64,000 nt of DNA from Marsupella aquatica (Eukaryota; Plantae; Marchantiophyta), in NCBI GenBank assembly GCA_973895155.1, contig OZ316892.1, positions 14,934,861 to 14,998,860 of the forward strand, written 5' to 3'. The notes under the pieces are model-generated. The model was not told where the DNA came from, searched no databases, and saw only the letters and a program-made list of their open reading frames with translations. This document shows, piece after piece, positions 23,998 through 35,500 of this stretch; the first letter of the stretch is position 1; each line of letters starts with the position of its first letter. Both the position numbers and the translations under genes were made by a program.

Positions 23998-26092
23998 GTA
24001 CCTCAGCTGTGTTCAATTCAGCGCGACCTGGCCTGGAGAATTACTCAGAGGACATCCACCAAAATGTACGTGGTGTTGTTGAGTAAGAGATCTCCACTTC
24101 ATCGGTATTTGTCGGGCCTTGTCTAATCAATGGAACGTTTCTGATTAAGCAGCATCAAATCTAGATTTTAAGACGCCCGATATCATTACGGGTGATTAGT
24201 CAATTCAATTAGAGAACAGATTACGTAGTGGCACTTCAGCGAAAATTTTAATGATGAATAATTATTCTTGTGGTTATTTGTAAGACAGCGACGTTCGTGA
24301 TTTTCTTGTTGAGCTTCGAAAGTAAAATGTGCAGAAGCGTGATGAAGCAGCGAGTATATTTCATTACATTAATGCATATAAGGGACAAGAAGTGGAGATA
24401 GGTACAATATTGAAGCCTTTCATTCCCAATTACATCTTAGCTGTGGGTGCCATTGATGAGTTCATCAAAGTTCCGCGACCAGATAAGAAGCTTGACCAGC
24501 TTGGCCTAAAGGTGCACATACTGAACAAGACCAAGTACCCAACAATTTCTCCATAATAATGACTTTATGTAATAGATTTGTAATGAAGAACAAACTACAC
24601 ACCTTCCACTATCCAGAGGCAACTAAAATGATTTCCTAGTAAGGTCATACTAGTTCAATTTTATCGCAGATTCAATTTTATTGCAGATTACTGTTGCCTA
24701 CTCTGCATCTTATCTTCTTTCTTATAATGACATGACAAAGAAAAACTACATATATTAAATTGGGTGCCATAACATGTTGTCACATCATGAAAGATGTCCA
24801 ATGCAGGTGCTAGATGAGAGTGGGGCAAAGCAAAGCGATCCTGCAGTAATGATGCTAAGATTGTGCGCAACTTCCCACCGACCAAATTTGCATTTACTCG
24901 AGGTGCAGCAAACGTATCTTTCATATTTGATTCGATCTCCAAGGTTTTGGTCTGTGTCCGAAACATATTTAAAGCCCCATTTATATTTTAGTGTGTGATT
25001 GCGAGTCATGCACAGTTTCTTTTTCATAAGTGGAAAAGCTCACATCATCCGAGAAAGGGTAGCTGGATTTCTTATTTTGCAGGTTGTCACTTCCTTTCAG
25101 TTGTGAGGACACTTCTGATCCCTTTCGCTTATGTAAGGGTATATTGTAGATGTCAAAGTGTTAAGAATTGTGCTTGGTGGCAGCAACAACACTTATTCGG
25201 AAGCAGAAGCTACCTTGACCGATCTATTGCTTTGTGGTTGATAGGTACCATCAATCGAAAATCAAAAAGAGATCCCCAAGAAAGTGGATGCATGGATTAA
25301 AAGCATTAAAGATCTTCATAGTACAAAACCATCAAGCCATGTGATATACTCTAAAGTGATGCCCAGCATTGAGACGCTTCTGCAAGTAAGACTACTTTGT
25401 GACAGATCTCTATGACATCCACTCGATGTTTATTTGGCCACAACAAAGAGGCCCTTGTCAAGATTTTCACTCTTGATGGAGTCATCTGACGCAACGCAAG
25501 GAATTTGCGTATAATTAACTACCATCGAAGTGATTCATTGTTGAGCAGTCTGTTTGGAGGTCACATGCACATCATTTTGATTTTCCGCATTGGACTTTTG
25601 AAAACAAATGGAGTCCTGGGAGAGGCTAATCAGTCACATGCACCACACAACCTCTAATGAGTAGTAAGTTAACTAATTCACTACGTCTGTTGGTGGATGC
25701 TTCATAGGAATGGTCTCCAGAATTAGAGAAGGTGTTCAACGAGATTCAACAACCTGCACCAAAGTTGGATGTAGATCTCACAACATTTGTGGACATCTGT
25801 TGTTCAATCCTAGACATCCCTGTGTAAGTTGGTGATGACGATATCAATCATCTTGTGCACACCAAATTTAGACTTCAATTGCTCTTCTCTAGTCAGTTTA
25901 TAGCCTAATACTTGGATTTAAGGCATAACATTGACCATACTCTTTGCGGTGGCTTGCATGTGCAGGTATAAAAGTCGAGTGGAATCTTTGCATGTTATGC
26001 TTTCCCTGTTTATAGAACTTAGAAACATTACCAATCAGACCTTTAGTGAATCTTGCAAGTGGGCAAATATGGAGTCACATGTGTTCAATTGA
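23998..26092 (+). CDS. IFT46: Intraflagellar transport protein 46; 5' start not resolved (possibly upstream, e.g. ~23514)
   Basis: Exons give ..GLENYSEDIHQN | KRDEAASIFHYINAY..LKPFIPNYILAVGAIDEFIKVPRPD..LGLK (24335-24511) | VLDESGAKQSDPAVMMLRL | VPSIENQKEIPKKVDAWIKSIKDLH..YSKVMPSIETLLQ | EWSPELE..FVDICCSILDIPV | YKSRVESLHVMLSLFIEL..FN* (stop ends 26092). These are the hallmark IFT46 motifs (LKPFIPD.IPAVGDID.F.KVPRPD, QSDP, MP.IE.L.QEW, LDIPV, SLH.LF.L). Confidence 0.93.
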
Positions 26093-26521
26093 TCAAACGA
26101 ATGGAGCTTTGAAGAGGATTTTCAGACAGAGATAACCCTCTCAACCTCGCACAGACCAAATGTCAAGGCCCTCCTCCCTTGCGCTCCCTGCAATTCCCTA
26201 ACATGGTGCCAAACTGTTGTAAACACATAACAGATGGAGAACACTCCGGGAAAATATATCATGTCGTTCTGTACAGTACGAGGTATAAATTAGAGCGCCG
26301 GACAATGCACTCTGATTCCAATTTGTGAAATAATTTACATTTGTGGCCAGACTTTTAGTGAATGAAAATGGCCCCTAGGTCACTCATGAGTCATGAGTTA
26401 TGACTGAAAACTTGTAAGTGTGTATGGTACATTCTTCTGTAGCCACTGTACCTGTACGTGCTGTCGTTTGACAAAAATAAATTGCTCGCACAATATCTCT
26501 CCTCCGGGTTAGAGAGAACTA

Positions 26522-29500
26522 TTATGAATATGAACGGCCGTTCCGAGGCGAGAGAACTTGCCGAGAAGTTGTTGCAAATTTTGTATTACCAACTCGCTTT
26601 GGATCAGGGCAAGCGTGAGCCAAACGCACCCTTTGAGCTGGAGCACTTGCTGTGAGTTGACGCAACGGCGTGGTTGCACTTGTAGTCCGGTAGTGCAGAA
26701 GTCCGTTGCTACCGTTCATGAGTCCTACCGTGGACAGGAATTTGTAAATTACTTCCCTCATTTTCGTATGACCTGATTTTCGCTGCATAGCTGCTGCTGT
26801 CGTTCTTGGGAGAGCCTCCACAGTCCTGCCCAACACGAATTTCAATTTGAGAACGCTCCTTTTTTTTTCCCATGTCAGCAACTTCAGTTTGATCCACACA
26901 AACCCTTCGTGCATTAAAATTAGAAAGTCAATGCAACCTGAGAAAACACTACGATCCAAGTCCTCTTAAAATGTCAGTGCAACCCCAGACGAAAGTCTTC
27001 TGACACTAGACATTTCCATACGATGACGACATAAGACGAGATAGATACGAAAGCCTAAAGTGGCAGAAATTTCGGAGTTGAACGGGATCGGAATTCTCTG
27101 GGACAGCGCTACGAAGGGAGGCTGGAGAAGAACATCTCAGACCGTTCACATTTTTCTATCCCTCTGCTATCAAATCAACCCTTTCAGTGAAGTTGATTCC
27201 CGTGTTTATAGCATCTTCTCACAGCGTTCACCCTAGTCTCAACCAATACCAGTAGCTTCATTGGTATCGAATTCGCCCTACATTAAATAGATGAGTTGCC
27301 TCCACCGGTTAACTGGACAACATTAATTCCAGAAAGAAGCCTTCATCTGGTAGTCGTTTCTTCTTTACGAGAAGGGGGATGCTACAACAAGTACACTCAA
27401 GAAAATGGGCAAGACGTGTCTCACCGTTTCTCGGCTTGAATATTTCCCTCTAATGATTGGGAAATGACAAGGAGGCGCCGGACGATAGAACGGTCACCCT
27501 GCAGAACTTCAATCCCGGCAGAAGTTTTGCACACCATCTGAAGCACGGACATGGCTTGTAAAAATATTCCCTCGTCGTTCCTGCCAACAAACGACGTGTT
27601 CCCCATGATCACATGTTAAAGCAAAGAATTATTCAGGCTGCGAAAATTTGCTACAGGATAGTTCGGACCACGTACCAGCAATCAGTAAGTGTTAATTGCC
27701 ATCGATAGAAAGAGGTGAGCTCAGAGCTCGCTGCAAGTAAACGCATCTAGAAAGTGTGATACACATGGACTGTAGAAAGTAGTTCCTAGTACGAATCCAG
27801 GCCAAACTTGATGGGCCAGATGTGGTGATGTCCAAAATAGGGAGTGGGGCTGGAGCCCAGAGTTTTCCGAAATATATAGATGACATGCTGTAAGGGATAT
27901 CTGTCAGTCAAATGGCTCACTTTTGCTTGCAGATATGGTGGGTTGTGAACAGTTTAACACATCTGTTTACCTGTAGGTATGCAGTTGTTCGCTAATGATG
28001 CTAATTGCTGACGGAGATTGCGCAACTCGAGTTGCCAGAGGTGAGTATCGTGCAAGGTTGCTGAGAATAGACAGTGCATGCTTTAACACCTGCTCAAGGG
28101 GAGGGCTGCGATTTATCGTTTGTATCAACAGCAGGATAGTAGTGATCGCCCCAGCCTCAGCTAGCTGTTCGCAGCAATTATGGGAATGCTCGGTTGCCAC
28201 GTCTGCAATTATGACCCCATTATAGTTAGCTTGGTTGGTAGGTATAATAGTACCAATAAAAGGGAACAATGTCGTTGTCCGCGAGGTGTTGCTCCAAAAC
28301 CGAAAGGTTACAGATCCCTTACCACCTAGAAGGAAGCGGCTCCCAATACAATTTGATCTGAAAGGAGCATGACTGTTCTTGCGTTATTAGACCTCAAGAA
28401 AGTGTTGTGTTACCTATTGTTCGGCATGTACTTAAAATTCCGCTGACGGTCTCCTGATGGGGTAGCGTTGACAGAGCCTCAGCAAGGCGGTTGTAGATTC
28501 GTGCATTGTCTTGAACTCCAGCTGCGTTGGTTCGGATTTTCTGCCGGAGCTCTTTAAAAGGGTTTTCTGGGTGGCTCTGGCCTCGCCTCACCAGATATCC
28601 TCTCAAGTGTGCCTGTCACATGCATAATTTAGGAAACCTTTACAACAGAAACATTGGGAGCCGGGTTCTCACCAAGATTCAGAAGCGTGGGGATCTAGAG
28701 AGAGTGGAATTGAAAACTGAAGAGACAGGGCCTTCAAAGGCCGAACAGAGGTGCAACTAGAAGGAGAACAATCTACGCACAAGAAGCACCGGATGCATTT
28801 TTACTTCAACAGGGGCAGACACTTGGATTGTGGCTCAACCTGTACAAGGATGGCGGAAGCTTTCATGTGCGCCAACCTCGAGCGATTGATTCGCCCACGG
28901 ATGTGTCTTTGAATCACTACAACACAACTTCGCAGCCTCAGGTACTTAGCTCGTTGTGCGAAGGTTTGAAACCAAGAGAATATAACGTGGGCTGCGTTAA
29001 GTTTCTTGGGACTCAACGCGTTGCAAGCCAACGAGCTCAGGTTTAATACATTGCCTGCACTAAGACATCGCGTTAAGTTATCTACTCTGTCGGTGTAACC
29101 CGTCCGTATGTAATGAGCCGCCGCCAGAAACCGTGGATCACAACCTTCTGAATCTAAAGTCTCACATATCGCGCGAGCTAAACCTGTGATAGCTGTAGCA
29201 CATGAAGGTCCATCAGGTGCCAATTGCTGGAAAAGACTTTTTCCATCTTGCTTCCAGACTTCCATTTGGATGGTCACAGTTGGGGAGGTCGGCATTAAGA
29301 TGAAATTGGTGTACGTAGCACCCCGGTACCGGCACTGGAATATGTCAAAAGAGCAAGCACTCTCCTTATATACGTCCAGGTTTGAACTGTCTGCTTTCTC
29401 CTTGCCTTCCAGACAGGCGCCAGATTCCATGGTCCCATGTTCCAAAGCAAAATTGACCTCCGTGGTTGATTCTGGTCCTGAAGCCTGCAGTATTCAATCT

Positions 29501-32500
29501 TGTGGATGTCAAATGTCGGGAGCACTCTTGAAGATGTTTTGTTAGTAAACTGCAATTCCAGTGCGAAGGTAACAACCAGTCCAGCTTTATCTCCGGCACC
29601 GCGACGCAATAGCTGTTCACACAATAACTGCTACTAGTCATAGAACTCACAAAATCATCAATTAGACTCACGAAATTGATTTATTGGGAGATGGTATTTA
29701 TATGTCTCTCAAACAAAACACTTGCGTCCCCAGCTATCCGACAACAAATCCAAACGGCACACCTGGCTTTAATTCAAAGCTGGTGTCGTTATGTACAATT
29801 TTCAGAAGAATGGGGTATGGGCTAATAACAGAATCTATTATGCACCTGGAATTCAAGTAATCCATTCCTCGTACCTGACACAGAAGCTCTGGCCCATGCT
29901 GTTGACACTGCTCCCGTACCTCGCAAAAAGACTCAATTTTTAACAAAACAATATAGCTGTGATCAGCGGCTCCGACTTTGAAACGCTTCTTCGAGGTGGT
30001 CTGAAATACTACGGCGGATCGAAGGCGATGAAGTAATGCTCGCTGGTCTTGCACGGAAACCGTGTTTTCTTGCAGGGCCCGAAAGACCAGTTGATCCTCA
30101 CTCGTAGTCTTCCTTAGCTTGCCAAGTTTGCGTCTTTCAACAATTCCTGGTCGAGTAGCCTGAATTCGAGTTGTTCCATCGTCAAAGATTCCTGTCTCGC
30201 AAAAGTATATCTTCGAAGAGCTTCTCTGAATAGCAGACTGTCTCCGGCGTGACTGAGCTCGCCACCACCCTTCAATTATGCGTGCGCTGGCCACATTTAC
30301 CTCACGGATTCTCCTTTGAAGATAGGCTCCGTGGCGGGTTCGAAGAACACTCTGAAATCTCTTTCTTCTGAGATGACCATACTGATAACTTTGTCTAGCA
30401 AGCGCACTGGCTTCCCATGTGGAATAAATGGCCGGACCCAAATGGTCTCTCCCTCTTCCTTGTACTGTTGGAGCAGAGACATATCTATTTCTTGTCTTTG
30501 CTATCCAGTGCTGCCATTTCCTTTGAATCTTCCTTGCGGCATGGTTTTGAATCTCAAATTGCTGCAGAGCCGCATGTTTCCGCCACCAGGCTTGAAGTTT
30601 GGTTGCGGTTTGTTTCAGTAGGAAAAGCTTCCGTCGAGCGACCACACCTCGCCAACGAGCCTGGATTCTGGTGCTGCTTATTGCTTTTAGTGCTCTCTCT
30701 GCTAACTGCCTTTTCCGTTCTCGCCATGCGCTTTGAATTTTCGTTGCAGCTTGTTGCAAGAGATGTAGCTTCCGTCGAGCAACCAGACCTCGCCAACGAG
30801 CCTGGATTCTGGTGCTACTTATTGCTTTGAGTGCTCTCTCTGTTAACTGCCATTTCCGTTTTCGCCATGCCCTTCGAATTTTCGTTGCGGCTTGTTTCAC
30901 GAGATGTAGCTTCCGTCGAGCAACCAGACCTCGCCACCGAGCCTGGATTCGGGTGCTGCTTATTACTTTTAGTGTTCTCTCTGTTGACTGCCTTTTCCGT
31001 TCTCGCCATGCCCTTTGAATTTTCGTTGCGGCTTGTTTCAGGAGATGTAGCTTCCGTCGAGCAAAAAGACCTCGCCAACGAGCTTGAATTCTGGTGCTGC
31101 TTGTTACTTTTAGTGCTTTCTCTGTTAAGTGCCTTTTCCGTTCTCGCCATGCCCTTTGAATTTTCGTTGCGGCTTGTTTTAGGAAGAGTAGCTTCCGCCG
31201 AGCAACAAGACCTCGCAAACGAGCTTTGATTCTGGTGCTGCTTTCTATTTGTATTGCTCTGTAGGTTCGCCTTAGTCGATTAGCTTTGAGAAACCGCCAT
31301 GCTCCCTGAATCGTTTTTGCAGCCCGTACTACTTCTTTGAACTGACGTTTTACGACACATCCCCGCCAGCAAGCTTGAATCCTGGCAACGTTGATGTGTT
31401 GTACTCTTCGGATGTTTTCATTTTGTATCCAAGCTTGAGCCTGCATTTGAATCCTTTGCTTTTGACGTTGGTATTGTCTTCTCTGAAGATGGCCACGTAC
31501 ACAGCTCTGAATAACTGAAGCTGCCGAGGAACGTTTCTTGAGAATTTGTCTCGTGAAATACCCACGCCAATGAGCCTGAATGAGTTGCGCACTCTCAAAA
31601 CATTGCCATCGACTCTGTACAGATCTCTGTAACCTTCTACGTGCTACATAATGGAGCCATTCACTCTCGATTATATGAACGGCCTTTCGTTCTCTTTCGA
31701 AGTTACCACGAGCTTGATTAGCCCACCAAAACGCCTGAATTTTGCACATATTACTCACAGTCGCGCGATACTTTCTTTTCTGAGCCCAAGCTCGAAAGCA
31801 CCACTGAAGGACATGTGCGGCCTGCTCCCTCCTGCGATTCCTCACAGCACGATATCTTAGCTGGATTACAGCAGCCGCTGTAGTCCAAGTATTCAAGAGT
31901 CGTCTGAGGACGTATCCCCGCCAATGGGCTTGTATCCTCAAGGCAGAGCTGTGTGCTCTCTTCAAGTGAGCTGAAACTCGGTGCCCTTCAATCTGTATTT
32001 TCTGTGCGGTCTTCTGATGACTCGATACGTGCGGACGAATCGAACGAGCCCTCCACCAAGCTTGTATTTTGCAAACTTTTCCTACAATTTCCTCGCTGAG
32101 GATTCTCTGGAAATTTTCATTCACCTGTGTCTTACTGTTATACGCCTCAGGCAACATTGTGGCACAGGGGGCCTCGTGTAGTCGCCAATGGACCGAGTAG
32201 AAACGGTTGAAGCCGCTGAGAGATTCAGCTTCACCACGAAAGAAACAGAAGATTCAGATCAAGAAAGAAGTAAGACAGTAATGGAACCTCAAAATAATTT
32301 CCGCGTGTTGATCTGAAAACAGTGTTTCTTCCTTTATAGATTGCCACGGACTCGACTCCTCTATCTCAATGGAAGGCAATGATACGCTCTCCGCGTAAAG
32401 TGGCGCGGCGATCGCCCTTAGACGTACAAGCACAAGGAACGGGCAAATGAAATAATAATTCGTGAAGCCCACGGGGACGAGATGTTCCTAAATTCATTGT

Positions 32501-35500
32501 ATGAGAACTGCGACCTCGATAATGACACACGCCAATCACGAAGGGCCTTGCATTCAAGGCTAGACTGAGATGAGCATCTCCAGAGCTAATCTACCTGAAG
32601 AAGGTCACGATCTTGACTAATGAATATTTTTACTGCCCGCGGCCAAGAGATATGCCTGCAGTTCAAGCATGTACGATGTCACCCAAGTATGTGACAAGAC
32701 AAGAAAGATGAGAATCCCTTACATTCAAGCTTGCGCTGGGAGCCGCATCTCAGTTGCTCATCGTTCCGATGATTTGCGTCGGTGTCCTGGGAAATTCGGC
32801 CTGACTTTTGGGTGTTCGGGACCTACAAATGACAAGATCGCGTTCAGTTTAATACTTGCAAGTCAAACTCTGTTAGTACTCCAAAGAAGAGTAAAATCTG
32901 TCGAGGCAGAACACCTTCCGATAAGTCCATTACAAACAGAAAGGTCATCCCGATATGCAGTACCGAGCACATGAGCAGGTTTGCCGAGCACATAAGCGCC
33001 ATGGAGAAGGATATTTTCCAAGAGAGTACGAGTTACTGCCTATACCTGTGAATTATCTTTGAGAAGGAATGAGCACAGGAACGCAATAAAGACTACGATG
33101 TTCCTCTCACTAATTTCAGGGTAAACCAGCAAGTCCTCAAGCTGCAGCACCTGCGATTTCAAAAGACGGAAGTTATACGTGATTTCAAGGTAAGGTAAAC
33201 TCTCCGCACCATGTTGTGTGTTTCACTCAACCACATTTAAAACAGTGAAGTCACAGTTTTACGACGGTGAGCGCCTTCGCAAGTCCTCGGAGAAACTGCG
33301 CGCCACAGGAGCAGTTTGGCGACAAACGCATTTTGAAACATATGTCAAGTTCACATCCTCTGGATGTCAGAGACAGCTCCAGTTAAGACTTTTCTTACCT
33401 CGGGAATGCTCCCAAGCTTGCGAGCCACATCCTGAACCAAACCAAAATTATGGGCCACAACCTTTTTATAGGTAGAAGAAAACGTGACTTTACCATCAGG
33501 TGTATTCCCAATCTGCTGCTGTCAATACGTAATGTCAACTTTAGTTTCATACAGCTAAAGATGAACTGCCAAAAAAAATTGTAACATGAGACTGCACGAG
33601 GATCCCACTCTGCAAAGGCTAAAACGAGATCCCGATACACACGGAAAATCCCCTTCAAACTGGTTATATGCAGATTCTAGGAAAAGGAACTAAAATACTC
33701 AGGATTTCGATGGCTTTCGGTGGTGAAGCCTGGAGCAGCAGACCATGCTTTGGTCAGATCAACAGAGCTCTGAACAGTGAGTTCATAAGTACCTCAAAAT
33801 GCGACGGACAAGCAGGGAGCAGTTGTGCATTCCCCGATAACAAGTGCGGCAAGTAGAGCTTGAGAATCAAGAAAAAGGCGTGACCATCTCCAAATGATGA
33901 CTTGAAGTTTCTGACGCTAAAACTGCCGGAAATCGCGCACGTAACCTGAACAATGTATACAACGGTGTACGGGAGCTAAGTTTTAGTCAGCTCATAAGAA
34001 ATTGGATAGAAAACGTCCAAAATAATAAAACTACATCCTCGGGTTCAAGCTGAAACTGGGGCTAAATCGTAGGCCCTCTGACATCAAGTGCATTTACTAC
34101 AAATCAGAAACAATAGAGACAGCTTGTCACTCGAATTAAAGACCTACCTGAGTCCACTTGAGCAGCAGCTCCACCGTTCCAACATTGAGACCCTGCGAAC
34201 CCAATGCTCTAATTAGCACTTATCTGTAGAGATCAGAAGAAAGTACTTTATCCGCACAAGTGCTCACTTACTTACATCCAACCAATCAAGAGTAAGCACA
34301 CCATGAGAATGAGATGCTGGGGTCATTCGTTCCCATAAATTCGATTTTAAATCCTCAATCAGTTCAAAAGGAAAGCATAGTGTGTCTAATGTCTGTCGGC
34401 CTACTTCCAGCTTGAAGTCGCTTAATGTACTCAAACTTGTCTATGAAAAGAATGTTTAGAGAAACGCTATTGTAGGAAGTATATTGAAATGTGCATATCT
34501 ACATAATCTGCCCTCAATCCACTCTACCTATGAAGTCAGAGACATTCCGAAGAACCACGACACTTACCAAGGCCACGCGTCCTTCTGTCCCCTGAAGCTT
34601 GGCAATCTCTTGGCAAAGCCTTGCCCTACTCACCAGGACGGGTATCTGAATTGTGCAAGCATCCGTTCAGTACCCGTGTCGGCATAATTTGTATCTTTCC
34701 TTAACGAGATAACTACTATTCCGGATCGAGACTTACGACTGGCATTTGTGTGCACAGCTTCCAAACAACAAGACAAGTCAGTCTGGTTGAGTGTGCATGC
34801 AATGGACAACAAATGTACTTGAATTATGAGAAGTCACCTGTAGATGGACCATAATGTTCCAAAGTAGCGAGAAAACTTTATCTTTATTGCCATCAATAAT
34901 AGCTTCTGCATTTATGCTGTGCCCATCCTCGTCCTCCAGAGGAACCCCAGCACTTGCTAGACCCTCCAAGGCAATTTGACAGTTATGTAGCTGCCTTTTC
35001 CTTCCATTGGAGGGGACTCGAATATGCTGCATGGAGAGCAGGAAGAGCACTCTAGTATCAGGTTGGAAGTTAAGGGTTATGAAAACAGCGCCTGTCTCTG
35101 CCTAACTTGAGAGCGGATAATAGTCAGAGCACAAATTCAGTCATTTACATCCTTCTAGATTGTCAGTGGTAGCTCCATTTATTTGGGTTCTAGTGAGTAG
35201 AGTACTGTGTCATGCTTTCGGTTAAATTGGCATAATCGCTGATAATTTGATTTTCATCATTGCCTTTGAGGGCGAATATGTTGCACGTTCGTTAGTTGCT
35301 TTACAGCATGAATTTCAAGCTGACAATCTGTTTCCTTTTAAAAACTTCAATAAGCAAGGTGAACGTCCTTCAGTCCCTTGAATGATAGCTACCGACCACT
35401 CAAATACCTCCAACATAGGTGAGTCGTTTTTGGCTAACAACTGGACCAAACGGCAAAGCCGTACACCATCTTGAAGGTCCTCGATTAGGTTTACAACTGC

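Noticed and set aside
30417-31229. Repetitive alternative-frame ORFs over the IQ repeat
   Set aside because: By-products of the 141-bp in-frame repeat within the ASPM exon.
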